Below are positions 19,422-29,163 of a DNA stretch of 64,000 nucleotides, piece after piece. This DNA comes from an uncultured Clostridia bacterium (GTDB lineage Bacteria > Bacillota > Dehalobacteriia > UBA4068). The stretch lies in the NCBI GenBank assembly GCA_944393575.1, contig CALYAP010000029.1:1987-65986 (forward strand), read 5' to 3'. Numbering within the stretch: the stretch's first letter is position 1; every line of letters starts with the position of its first letter. The translations under genes were made by a program, and so were the position numbers. The notes beneath the pieces were generated by a model that saw only the letters and a program-made list of their open reading frames with translations, was not told where the DNA came from and did no database searches.

Positions 19422-20381
19422 TTACTGGTCGTCGTCAGTATCGTGAGTGATGATCACCTGTGGCAAAGGCTCGCCCCTGCGCTCAGCTTTATGCTGTCCG
19501 CCGCCGCGTTTATGCCGCTTCGGAGTGATGACCACCCGGCGGTATGGTTCCTCGCCATGGCTGGCAGTCTCAACCCGCTTATCGTTTTGCAGAGCGATGT
19601 GGACGATACGCCGCTCATGCGGATTCATCGGCTCCAGCTCTACCCGGCGGCCAGAACGGACCGCCTTATCAGCCATTTTTTTGGCCAGGGCATGCAGGGT
19701 CTGCTCGCGGCTCTCGCGGTAGCCTTCAACATCAAGCACCAGGCGAACCCGCTCGCCACGCTTGCGGTTAACAGCCAGATTGGCCAAATACTGGATGGCG
19801 TTGAGGGTCTCGCCCCGTCTGCCGATCAGCAGTCCCAGCTTTTCGCCGCTCAAAATGATCCAGAGAATACCGTCCTTGATCTCCGTGCGGTATTCCGGGC
19901 TAACGCCCAGCTCGGTGAAGATTGGCTCGACAAAAGAACGAGCCGTCTCAAAGATCTCTATCTCCATCTCGCCGCTGGTGATCTCGATGGCGTGGCTTTC
20001 GCGCTTACTTTCGTTTTTGGCAGCAGCTTTTTCCCCTCCCTTGCGGGATTGGCCTTTTGCCGGTTGCTGCTTAGCAGTCGCCGGTGGCTCCACCACCTCG
20101 ATAGCTTTGATCTCCAACTCTGCTGCTGGTTTTTTCTTCTTCTGTTCTACTTTACTTTTCTTTTTGCCAAAGGTGGTAGCAGGCTTAGTCTCTTCCGGCT
20201 CCGGCATATCTTCAACGGTGATCCGCACCTTAGCATCTTTGTGGCCAAAGCCAAACAAGCCTTTACCGCCGAGTTCCAAAATTTCTATCTCAACGTTTTC
20301 AATGGTAGTGCCAGCCAACATACAGGCATTATCGATAGCCTCGTCAACTGTTTTGCCGCTGGCCTCATAAGTCTTTGCCAT
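19422..20381 (-). CDS. jag: Jag/EloR/KhpB RNA-binding protein
   Basis: Jag_N (GKTVDEAI...KGLFG), KH (LLIGRRGETL), R3H (PMNPHERRIVH); RBS GGAGG upstream of ATG 20381. Confidence 0.95.
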   Translation of the reverse strand: MAKTYEASGKTVDEAIDNACMLAGTTIENVEIEILELGGKGLFGFGHKDAKVRITVEDMPEPEETKPATTFGKKKSKVEQKKKKPAAELEIKAIEVVEPPATAKQQPAKGQSRKGGEKAAAKNESKRESHAIEITSGEMEIEIFETARSFVEPIFTELGVSPEYRTEIKDGILWIILSGEKLGLLIGRRGETLNAIQYLANLAVNRKRGERVRLVLDVEGYRESREQTLHALAKKMADKAVRSGRRVELEPMNPHERRIVHIALQNDKRVETASHGEEPYRRVVITPKRHKRGGGQHKAERRGEPLPQVIITHDTDDDQ

Positions 20382-20536
20382 CTTATTATTACCTCCCAAG
20401 ACAGCTCCACCGCCGCTGCGCTAGACAGCCATGCAGCAGCTGAGGGGAAGCCGTCTGCTCTTCTTCTCCGGGGTCGGCGCCCAAGCGCCTGGTATCATCA
20501 TCCAAAGAGAATTTATTTTTTGTTATTCCCCTTAGA

Positions 20537-21724
20537 TTATTTTTTGCTATTATTATCCTCAGTATCTGCGGCATTCTTTTTCTTTCTTTGATAATTGGGC
20601 TTCTTGATGCCGAAGATTTCTGGGGCATTCTCTCTTTCTTTGAGATGCTGATAGTATTTGCGCAGCGAGGTCATCTCATGCTCGTTGCCGTAAACATCAT
20701 AAACCGCCTCTACCAGCTCTGTCTTGCCGGAGTAGGGGTGTTTCTTTCTCTTTTCGCGGCGTACGGAATAGTTGTTGTCCCGCAGCCATTTGCGGAAGAG
20801 CCGCTCTGGATCGGTCTCATCTTCGCTGAAATCTTCATCTTCATAATAGAGCATTTCCAGCTCTTCCTCGGTCAGTTCCCGGGTATGGCCTTTAGCTTTG
20901 TGCCGTTCCTTAGCCAGTGCTTTGGCAGCGGCTTTTCTCTTTTTACGCGCTTCTTCAGCAGCCTCTTTCTCACGGCGTTTGCGCTCGATAGCCTCCTGGT
21001 CAATACGGGTCCAGCGGCGCAGCAGCGGATAGCTGATAGCAGTACCGATCAGGCCGTAGAAAATCCAGTAGAAGGCCATTATGACAGGGAAATTCATTAC
21101 GACAAAGAAGAATACCACCGGCATGATGATCATCATGATCTTGGTCGTCCGCTCCTTGCGGTTAGGCGTAGTCACCCACTGCTGGAGGAAGGTCGCGCCG
21201 GCGGCCAACAAGGGTAGCAGCCACGGCACCGGGCCGTCGCTGACGATCGTGGCAAGATCATCCCAGATCAGGAAATGGAAATATTCCGGATACACCGGAT
21301 GGGTAGATCCGGCCACACCGAAGGTGCTGATAGTGCTGAAAAGGGCGAAGAGGATCGGGATCTGGATCAACAGCGGCAGACAACCGGCTGTTGGCGAAGC
21401 ACCATGCTCTTTGTAGAGAGCCATGATCTTTTCCTGCTGCTTTCTCGGGTCATTAGCATATTGCTTACGGATCTGTTCCATCTCCGGCGCCAGCATCTGC
21501 ATCTTTCTGCTGGAACGCATCTGCTTATTCTGCAAGGGCTGAGTGAGCAGCTTGATGATCAGGGTGAAGATAAAAATCGCCAGTATGTAGCTGGGGATGC
21601 CCAGCGTATTGGTTACGCCGAACAACCATTCCAAGCAATCGGCGAAAAATTCCAGCACCGCATTCCAGGCGCCGCCTCTCTCACCGCTGGTGGCCAAAAT
21701 CTGAATTGAAGCTAGAAAATCCAC
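20537..21724 (-). CDS. yidC: Membrane protein insertase YidC with a long charged C-terminal extension
   Basis: GCLPLLIQIPILFALF; conserved position after yidD. Confidence 0.92.
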   Translation of the reverse strand: MDFLASIQILATSGERGGAWNAVLEFFADCLEWLFGVTNTLGIPSYILAIFIFTLIIKLLTQPLQNKQMRSSRKMQMLAPEMEQIRKQYANDPRKQQEKIMALYKEHGASPTAGCLPLLIQIPILFALFSTISTFGVAGSTHPVYPEYFHFLIWDDLATIVSDGPVPWLLPLLAAGATFLQQWVTTPNRKERTTKIMMIIMPVVFFFVVMNFPVIMAFYWIFYGLIGTAISYPLLRRWTRIDQEAIERKRREKEAAEEARKKRKAAAKALAKERHKAKGHTRELTEEELEMLYYEDEDFSEDETDPERLFRKWLRDNNYSVRREKRKKHPYSGKTELVEAVYDVYGNEHEMTSLRKYYQHLKERENAPEIFGIKKPNYQRKKKNAADTEDNNSKK

Positions 21725-21781
21725 GTTTTTAATACCTCCGGTTTTTCCTTAAACCAAACTATTGCAACACAGCGCAGACCT

Positions 21782-21991
21782 TTAAGGCACTGGGTCGTAG
21801 CCCCCTTCATGGAAGGGATGGCAACGGCAGATCCGCTTGATGCCCAGCCAACCGCCTTTGATGGCCCCATACTTGGTGACCGCCTCCAGCATATACTGCG
21901 AGCAGGTCGGGGAATAGATGCAGCGGGGCAGAAGCATCGGGGAAATAAATTTTTGATAACCCTTTATCAATAATATCAAGAGCTTTTTCAT
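21782..21991 (-). CDS. yidD: Membrane protein insertion efficiency factor
   Basis: YQKFISP...[10 protein letters not shown]...[14 protein letters not shown]. Confidence 0.96.
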   Translation of the reverse strand: MKKLLILLIKGYQKFISPMLLPRCIYSPTCSQYMLEAVTKYGAIKGGWLGIKRICRCHPFHEGGYDPVP

Positions 21992-22217
21992 TGGTCTACG
22001 CCTTTGCTTGACCGGCTATACGGGCTTGCGTCCGTTGTCATCGAGCCAGGTCGAAGCCTCTTAAAACTGCTGGTAATCGTCGGCGGTTGCTTCTTTAATG
22101 ATAAGCCTTGCCCGCCGCTACCGGGGAAATCGTCCTGCCTGGCGCAAAGTCTGCCGCGACAGGAACTCCGCTAGTAATTTGCCTGCTTAGGAAATGGGCC
22201 GCTGTCCCAAGACAGCG

Positions 22218-22658
22218 TTATGCTTGCTGGTCGGATGTGCCGCCATGGGCTTGAGCCTGCACAGTGCTGCTGTTACGGGCCTGCTTTTTGGCGCAGCCTT
22301 GTGGCTTGCTGTTATGGCCCGGCACCGCAGGAGAGCTGCGCAGCATCTTGGCCATCTGCCGGCTGATCCGCTCAAAACTCTGCTCCAGCGCGGCGCCGCG
22401 GATGACGAAAATATAATCGCATCCCGGCGGGAACAGCTCCAGCAAAGAGGCGGCAACATGGCGGAAGACCCGCTTGATGCGGTTACGCTCTACCGCATGG
22501 CCGAGCTTTTTGGAAGCAGAAAAGCCGATGCGCACCTCGGTGCTACCCCTGCGCGGAAGGCAATACAGGATAAAAGCTGAGCAGGCGTCATGCCTTCCCC
22601 GCGCATAGATGCGGCTAAAATCGCGCCGCTTTTTGAGACGGTAATTATCCGGCAGCAT
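22218..22658 (-). CDS. rnpA: Ribonuclease P protein component
   Basis: RLKKRRDF, RIGFSASKKLGHAVERNRIKR (RNR motif). Confidence 0.95.
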   Translation of the reverse strand: MLPDNYRLKKRRDFSRIYARGRHDACSAFILYCLPRRGSTEVRIGFSASKKLGHAVERNRIKRVFRHVAASLLELFPPGCDYIFVIRGAALEQSFERISRQMAKMLRSSPAVPGHNSKPQGCAKKQARNSSTVQAQAHGGTSDQQA

Positions 22659-22669
22659 GTCTTTACGCC

Positions 22670-22807
22670 TTAGGCGGAAAGAACTTTTCTACCGCGGGCG
22701 CGGCGACGGGCCAGGACTTTACGTCCGCCTTTGGTGCTCATTCTGGCCATAAAGCCATGAACTCTCTTATGCACTCTTCTCTTGGGTTGATAGGTTCTTT
22801 TTACCAT
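22670..22807 (-). CDS. rpmH: 50S ribosomal protein L34
   Basis: Manual translation [45 protein letters not shown] (45 aa, below the ORF-track cutoff); RBS AGGAGG. Confidence 0.98.
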   Translation of the reverse strand: MVKRTYQPKRRVHKRVHGFMARMSTKGGRKVLARRRARGRKVLSA

Positions 22808-22898
22808 GATTGATTCTCCTCCTAATTTTCAGGGAAAGCCCTTCAGCGGCCTGACCGCTGATACGGACATAATTCCCGTAGTTTACACTAATAGATGA

Positions 22899-23055
22899 AT
22901 TATATCCCAAGTGGCGGTACTTGTCAATCGCAATCTCCGCCTTGTCTGTGGATAACCCGCCTTTTTTGCCTGTTTTGTCTTCTCATGGGCGAAAAAAATT
23001 CTTGAAAATGTGGATAACTTTTGCTATTATAATTATTGCATTTAAGTTATCCACA
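22899..23055. promoter_or_regulatory. rpmH/dnaA divergent promoters with DnaA boxes (incAB-like half of oriC)
   Basis: rpmH: TTGACA (22927-22922)-17-TATAAT on -; dnaA: TTGAAA (23002)-17-TATTAT (23025); perfect boxes TGTGGATAA 22947 and 23009, TTATCCACA 23047. Confidence 0.88.
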
Positions 23056-23198
23056 GGAGAAAACAGTGTCATGCTGTCTTTTGCCGGCAGCTTCCCGCAC
23101 CTGATGCGGTGTTCCGGCCCCTCCTGCTTGGGGCAAAATATCAGCTGGGGCCGATGTGCCAAAAGCGCGCGGCCTCCCATTCAGAGGGGGTTCATCAG

Positions 23199-24530
23199 GT
23201 GGAAGCATTTTGGCAGGACGCTTTGGCAAAAATCAAAAACGAGGTTCGGGAAACCAGCTATGAGCAATGGTTCTCTCCTGCGACAGTGATTAGGGTCGAG
23301 AAGCAGAATGATACCGTTTATATCTGCGTAGTCGATAAATTCGCTAAAAACGCTATCGAGACCCTGTATATGCCAATGCTGACCGAAGTGCTGAGCGAAA
23401 CCCTGGGCGAGGCTGTTTTCCCTGAAATCATTGATCTTTCTAATGAAAGCGTGCCGGAAAACCGGCCTAGCCCTGCTGCTAAAAAAAGCGACTATGCCGG
23501 CGCGCCCTATTTCAACCCCCGTTATACCTTTGATTCTTTCGTGGTCGGCAGCTCCAACCGTTTTTCCCATGCCGCGGCGATGGCAGTGGCCGAAAGCCCC
23601 AGCCGTACCTATAACCCCTTGTTCATCTATGGCGGCAGCGGCCTGGGCAAGACCCATCTGATGCATGCCATCGGCCAGGCGGTGCTGAAAAACTCGCCGG
23701 GCAAAAAGGTGGTCTATGTCAGCTCCGAGGCCTTTACCAACGAATTCATCACCATGCTGCGGGAAAACCGGCTCGACGCCTTCAAGACACGCTACCGCAA
23801 TACCGATATTCTGCTGATCGACGATATTCAGTTCCTTACCGAGAAAGACCGCATCCAGGAAGAATTTTTCCATACCTTCAATGCGCTCCATGATGCCGGC
23901 AAGCAGATCGTCATCAGCTCCGACCGTCCGCCCAAGGAGATCAATCCTCTGGAGGAGCGGCTGCGTTCCCGCTTTGAGTGGGGGCTGATCACCGATATCC
24001 AGCCGCCGGACTGGGAGACCCGCTGCGCCATTTTGCAGCGGAAAGCGCTTTCCGAACATATCAAGGTTGATAATGAAGTCATCTCCTTGATCGCCGATAA
24101 TATCAAGACCAATATCCGCGAGCTGGAGGGCGCGCTCAACAAAGTCATCTATAGCTGCATCATTCACAAGCGCAGCTATGCAGATATGGAATTCGCTAAA
24201 GAAGCGCTCAAGGAGATCTTGGTTCCTGATGCTCCGCCTAAGCTGACCATCAATAATGTGCAGAAGCTGGTGGCTGATTATTATCAGATCAGCATCGAGG
24301 ATATGAAGGGCAAAAAGAAAGACCGCTACATCGCCTTTCCCCGCCAGATCGCCATGTTCCTCTGCCGGGAGCTGGTGGGCGCAACCACGCCGCAGATCGG
24401 CCGTGATTTTGGCGGCCGCGACCACACTACAGTGATGTACGCCTGCGAGAAAATCGGCACCGCGCGAAAGACCGATCCGCAGCTGGACCGCTCTTTGAAC
24501 GATATCGAAAAGATGCTGCTTCATAAATAA
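23199..24530 (+). CDS. dnaA: Chromosomal replication initiator DnaA
   Basis: YNPLFIYGGSGLGKTHL, LLIDDIQF, RLRSRFEWG, GGRDHTTV; GTG start at 23199 after RBS GAGGGG. Confidence 0.98.
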   Translation: MEAFWQDALAKIKNEVRETSYEQWFSPATVIRVEKQNDTVYICVVDKFAKNAIETLYMPMLTEVLSETLGEAVFPEIIDLSNESVPENRPSPAAKKSDYAGAPYFNPRYTFDSFVVGSSNRFSHAAAMAVAESPSRTYNPLFIYGGSGLGKTHLMHAIGQAVLKNSPGKKVVYVSSEAFTNEFITMLRENRLDAFKTRYRNTDILLIDDIQFLTEKDRIQEEFFHTFNALHDAGKQIVISSDRPPKEINPLEERLRSRFEWGLITDIQPPDWETRCAILQRKALSEHIKVDNEVISLIADNIKTNIRELEGALNKVIYSCIIHKRSYADMEFAKEALKEILVPDAPPKLTINNVQKLVADYYQISIEDMKGKKKDRYIAFPRQIAMFLCRELVGATTPQIGRDFGGRDHTTVMYACEKIGTARKTDPQLDRSLNDIEKMLLHK

Positions 24531-24578
24531 GCTACATTATATATATTCTACATTATATACATGATAAATATGCTGCAT

Positions 24579-24716
24579 TTATCCCCACCTTATCAACAGG
24601 TGGGGATTTTTATACCTCCAGATATTGCTCTTATACCTGTCAAAAACTACTATATATCCACAAAATAAGCGATAAAAAGACTTTTTTCGTCATTATTGAC
24701 AGGCAGTAATCCACAT
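24579..24716 (+). promoter_or_regulatory. dnaA terminator hairpin plus imperfect DnaA boxes
   Basis: ATCCCCACCT-TATCAAC-AGGTGGGGAT-TTTT; boxes TTATCCCCA, TTATCAACA, ATATCCACA, TAATCCACA. Confidence 0.65.
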
Positions 24717-24804
24717 TTTTTCCCCATCTTTAGCCGCGATACCAGCAATCGCTGCCGTTAGCAGCGGTTTTTGCTTGGGGGAAAGGGAGCAGCGGGAGCA
24801 AAAG

Positions 24805-25236
24805 CTATAAGAAAAATTTCTCGATCTGGGATTCGCCGATGACGGTGATCCCTTTTTCTTTGAGCGCTGCGGCCAGCACGCCGTCGCCCGCCACCAGCGT
24901 GGCGGAGAAATTGCCATCATAAACCTGTCCGCTGCCGCAGGAGGGGCTGCGTTCTTTGAGAATGGCGTAGCGGCACTGGTACAGCTCGGCCAGATGGAGC
25001 ACCTCAGCAGCTCCGCGCGCAAAGGCGGCGGTGATATCCCTGCCGCTGCGGTCATAGACTCTCCCCTGGCACAGCTCAGCGGGCTGCCGCGGAGTAGGCA
25101 GGCCGCCCATGATCTCCGGACAGACCGGGATCAGCTGATAATGCTGCTGCAGCTGCGCCAAATGCGGACAAACAGAGGCTTGTCCATCATAGCGGCAATG
25201 TACTCCCAGCAGACAAGCGCTGATCAGAATATTCAC
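24805..25236 (-). CDS. DUF523 / thiouracil desulfidase-like Fe-S protein
   Basis: ISACLLG..CRYDG, VCPE..GGLPTPR, LKERSPSCG. Confidence 0.9.
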   Translation of the reverse strand: MNILISACLLGVHCRYDGQASVCPHLAQLQQHYQLIPVCPEIMGGLPTPRQPAELCQGRVYDRSGRDITAAFARGAAEVLHLAELYQCRYAILKERSPSCGSGQVYDGNFSATLVAGDGVLAAALKEKGITVIGESQIEKFFL

Positions 25237-25388
25237 CGGCTCTCCCTCCCTATTAACAGACTGCTGCTATCTATAAGCCGTTTTATCTTAAATTAGCTAT
25301 TAATAGAACCTTTTTACTAATACCTCTTTATTTTAAACAGCGGTTTTATTTGTGTTCTCTTCTTTTCCCTCTTCTATTAATCACTTAA

Positions 25389-26495
25389 TCACTGCAAATG
25401 CGCCACGCCGTCGATGGCTTGGACCAGCCATTTAGTGCCCTGGTTGATCGCGGACGGCAGGGTGGCGGCGCTGATAAAGGTCTGCGTTTTGGCCGGCAGC
25501 TCCAAAATGCGGCGGCCGCGCTGATCGTCAAGCTCAGAGAGAGCATCATCAAGCAGCAGCACCGGGTACTCGCCCTTTTCCGCATAAGCCAGCTCCAGCT
25601 CAGAAAGCTTCAGCGAAAGCGCCAGGGTGCGCTGCTGTCCCTGGGAAGCGAAATCGCGCGCCGCATCACCATTGATCAGGATATTGATATCGTCCCGATG
25701 CGGGCCGACCAGAGTAGCGCCGCGCAGCCGCTCAGCGTGGCTGTGCCGCTGCAGCTCGCGCCGGTACAGCTCCGCCAGCTCCGCAGCTGAGGAAAAGCTT
25801 TCGCGGCCAGCAATATTGCACTGATAGCGCAGCTCCAGACCCTCGCCTGTGGCCAGATCATCATGGAGCGGCGCAGCTATCTGATTGAGAGCAGCGATGA
25901 TCTGCTGACGGCGCAGGCTGATCTGGCTGCCATATTCCACCAGCTGATCATTCCAAACCGCCAAAGTATCCTCATCGGGCATTCTCTCCCAGGCCTTGAG
26001 GCAGGCATTGCGTTGGCGCAGGATATGATTATAATTGACCAGCGTATGACAATAAGCCGGATCGATCTGGGAGATCTGGCGGTTGAGCCAGCGGCGGCGG
26101 CAACCGGGACCGCCTTTGACCAGGTAAATATCCTCCGGCGAAAAAATGACCGTATGAAAAATACCCACGATATCCACCAGACGGCGGCGCGGTTGGCCAT
26201 TGACTACCCATTTGCGCTTTTTATCGCGGTTCATCGCCGCTGAAATAGTCAGCCTGCCCTGAGTGGCAGAATAGGCCTCTGCTTCCAGATAAAAATGCTG
26301 TTTATTTTTATTGATTAAATCCAAATCATCTGTCGTGCGGAAAGAAGAAGCCATTCCCAGATAGGAAATGGCTTCGAGCAGATTAGTCTTTCCCTGGGCA
26401 TTGGCGCCATAGATGATATTGACGCTTTCGTCAAAAAGCGCTTCCTGATGAAGATAATTACGCCAATTTTCCAGTTTCAACCTTTTGATTATCAT
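25389..26495 (-). CDS. recF: DNA replication and repair protein RecF
   Basis: GANAQGKTNLLEAI, GPHRDD, SQGQQR, LLLDD..SELD. Confidence 0.97.
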   Translation of the reverse strand: MIIKRLKLENWRNYLHQEALFDESVNIIYGANAQGKTNLLEAISYLGMASSFRTTDDLDLINKNKQHFYLEAEAYSATQGRLTISAAMNRDKKRKWVVNGQPRRRLVDIVGIFHTVIFSPEDIYLVKGGPGCRRRWLNRQISQIDPAYCHTLVNYNHILRQRNACLKAWERMPDEDTLAVWNDQLVEYGSQISLRRQQIIAALNQIAAPLHDDLATGEGLELRYQCNIAGRESFSSAAELAELYRRELQRHSHAERLRGATLVGPHRDDINILINGDAARDFASQGQQRTLALSLKLSELELAYAEKGEYPVLLLDDALSELDDQRGRRILELPAKTQTFISAATLPSAINQGTKWLVQAIDGVAHLQ

Positions 26496-26496
26496 C

Positions 26497-27642
26497 TTAT
26501 TTGCTTACTCTGACTGGCAAGACCAGGTAGAGATATTTATTTTCCTTTTCTGCAGCAGCTTCTTCATCATCGGCGGCAGCGGCGATGATGCCAGGGGTAG
26601 TAGGGCCGGTAAGGCTGAAGGTGACCTGATCGTCATCCATCACCCGAAGCGCATCCAGCAGATAGCGGGCATTATAGTTAAGGGTCATCGGTTCGCCGCT
26701 GATGACAGCCTCCTGATTTTCATCAAAGGTACCATCATCAGGCGAGGAAGAATAGATATTGACGCTATGCTCATCTAAACGCAGACGGACGATATTGCCC
26801 TTGCCACGGGCGATCTCCCGGCTGATCACTGAGGCCAGCTCTAAAGACTCGATCATCCGCAGACGGGAAATAGTCAAAAAGCTGCGGAAAAGCTCCTGAT
26901 CAGGCAATACTTGATGATAATCCGGGAACTGGCCGACGATCAGGCGCGAGGTTACTGAAAGATTGGCGAAGCTGAAAAAGATCTGGCTCTTGCTGACCGT
27001 GATGATGATATTATCATCGTCATTGTTAGCCAAGCGGGCGATCTCCTGCATCACCTTATTGGGGACGATGACCGTAGCCTTGCCCTGTCCCTGCCAGGTA
27101 TCATTGCTGACTGCCAGGCGGTGGGTATCGGTAGCTACCATAGTGATATTATCGCCATCTAGTTCCAGCATAATACCGGTGAAGACCGGTCGCAGCTCAT
27201 CGGCTGAGGCGGCAATGCCGGTCTGGCGCACCATGCGCTTAAAGACGCGTACCGGGATCGTGCCCTGGATATCGCCCTCACGCGGCGGCAGCAGAGGAAA
27301 TTCTTCAGTAGTATAGCAGGGCATAGATATCTGGCCGCGGTCATATTTGATCAGCAGCTGCTCCTGGCCGACAGATTCCAGAGTCAACGGGCCGGATCCT
27401 AAACCTTTGGCCAGCGCGGAAAGCTTACGCCCCGGAGCGACCAGCTCGCCCTCTTCCTCAATGGCGGCATTGATCACACATTCAATAGCTATTTCCAGGT
27501 CGGTAGCGCGGAAGCTGAGCTGATTGCCATGAGCAGAGATCATGATGCCGCTTAATACCGGCAGGGTGTTTTTGGTACTGACAGCTCTTTCCACAGCATT
27601 GACCGCATAGAGAAGATCTTCCCGTAAAAGCTCGATTTTCAT
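26497..27642 (-). CDS. dnaN: DNA polymerase III beta sliding clamp
   Basis: LPVLSGI, ATDLE, RPVFTG, VATDTHRL, GQFPDY, YLVLPVR. Confidence 0.97.
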   Translation of the reverse strand: MKIELLREDLLYAVNAVERAVSTKNTLPVLSGIMISAHGNQLSFRATDLEIAIECVINAAIEEEGELVAPGRKLSALAKGLGSGPLTLESVGQEQLLIKYDRGQISMPCYTTEEFPLLPPREGDIQGTIPVRVFKRMVRQTGIAASADELRPVFTGIMLELDGDNITMVATDTHRLAVSNDTWQGQGKATVIVPNKVMQEIARLANNDDDNIIITVSKSQIFFSFANLSVTSRLIVGQFPDYHQVLPDQELFRSFLTISRLRMIESLELASVISREIARGKGNIVRLRLDEHSVNIYSSSPDDGTFDENQEAVISGEPMTLNYNARYLLDALRVMDDDQVTFSLTGPTTPGIIAAAADDEEAAAEKENKYLYLVLPVRVSK

Positions 27643-27769
27643 AGATAATCTTTCCTTTCGCTAAAATTTACGCTTATTGTCAACTTATACTTCTTCATCA
27701 TAAAAAAGATGATTGTTGGTCTCTACAGCGATGATAATGTTCAATGGAAGTAAAGCATAAGTTAATTAG

Positions 27770-28160
27770 GAGTATTAGTATATATAAAATAGTATTAGTA
27801 ATAGGGGGTGTGGATTAAGGGGATAAAGATCGCTTAGCAAAAGTTTTAGTGGTTGTTTGCCAAAAAAATGCTTGTGGAAGAGATAAACAGAGATATCCAC
27901 AAATTAACAGTGCTTAACAAAAGGGCAAAAGTTATTAACTTTCTGCCATTTTTTGTATCCAGTTTATCAACAAGCCTTTCCACCGAAAAAGAGGCTTTTT
28001 CCAACGCTATTCCCCAACTTTTCCCCAAAAAAAGAGGGGTGCCCTGTGTATTTCTTTGATAATACCAGTATAAACGATTTTCTCCTAAAAGAAAAGAGGC
28101 AGCGGGAAAAAAGTAGCTGCCAACCCCTGGCTATTTCTCTTTAACTTATGTGTGGATAAG
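27770..28160 (-). other. oriC DNA-unwinding region (DnaA boxes, GC motif, DnaA-trios, AT cluster)
   Basis: Minus strand 27826->27770: TTATCCCCT-TAATCCACA-CCCCC-TATTACTAATACTAT-TTTATATATA, the Bacillus-type basal unwinding layout; more boxes near 27893, 27964 and 28152. Confidence 0.85.
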
Positions 28161-28449
28161 CTTTTTTAGTACTGTTTATTAAAGGGAAAGAAAAGCATCT
28201 TTGGTCTGAAAAAGACGAAGCAGTAGTTTATCGATGCCACTGATGTTAAAATAAAGGCACAGAATTATTAAAAGTTTATTAAGATTATTTATCAATACAG
28301 GAAAAAGATTAAATCTATAGAAAAAAGAATAAAGGATAAACTTGGCTCTTTGTTGATAACGCTTGATAATCTATCACTTTAGTTACTATCAGCTGCGGCT
28401 GAGTTAACAAGATTTATCCTGCTAGTTAAATAAAATAAAGGAGAAAACA

Positions 28450-29163
28450 ATGCTCAAGATCAGCCATTTTTCAAAATCATATGATAGCCGCCATAAGGCT
28501 GTCGATGATCTCTCCTTAGAGGTTTGCTCTGGAGATATTTTTGCTTTTATCGGTCATAATGGCGCCGGTAAAACCACTACTCTCAAAGCGGTAGTAGGGA
28601 TTCTCCCCTTTGAAGAGGGAACGATCAAAATCGATGATCTGGATATCAATGAATATCCGCTAGAGGTTAAAAAACGCCTCGCCTATATTCCTGATGAACC
28701 AAAACTCTATGATATGCAGACCGGCGCGCAGTATCTCAATTTTATCGCCGATATTTTTGACGTCAATGCTGTTGACCGGCGGGAGCGGATCGAAAAATAT
28801 GCTGAGCTGCTGGAAATCAGAAAAGCACTCAATGATCCGATCAATTCTTATTCTCATGGTATGAAGCAAAAATTGCAGATCATCTCCGCTTTTATCCATA
28901 ATCCTAAGCTGATGGTGATGGATGAGCCTTTTGTTGGTTTGGACCCCAAAGCTGCTTTTAGCTTCAAGCAGTTGATGCGCGAATTCTGCGAAAATGGTGG
29001 GGCGATTTTCTTCTCCACCCATGTCTTGGAAGTAGCGGAAAAACTCTGCGATAAAGTAGCGGTGATCAAAGGCGGCAAACTGATCGCCAGCGGCACCATG
29101 GATGAGGTCAAGGGCGATAGCTCGCTGGAAGAAGTCTTTTTGGAGTTAACAGAACATGAATAA
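28450..29163 (+). CDS. ABC transporter ATP-binding protein
   Basis: GHNGAGKTT, YSHGMKQK, DEPFVGLDP, STH. Confidence 0.93.
   Translation: MLKISHFSKSYDSRHKAVDDLSLEVCSGDIFAFIGHNGAGKTTTLKAVVGILPFEEGTIKIDDLDINEYPLEVKKRLAYIPDEPKLYDMQTGAQYLNFIADIFDVNAVDRRERIEKYAELLEIRKALNDPINSYSHGMKQKLQIISAFIHNPKLMVMDEPFVGLDPKAAFSFKQLMREFCENGGAIFFSTHVLEVAEKLCDKVAVIKGGKLIASGTMDEVKGDSSLEEVFLELTEHE

Noticed and set aside
24531-28449. Invertible (phase-variable) segment bounded by recombinase sites
   Set aside because: No convincing inverted repeats at the junctions beyond DnaA boxes, and no invertase in the window
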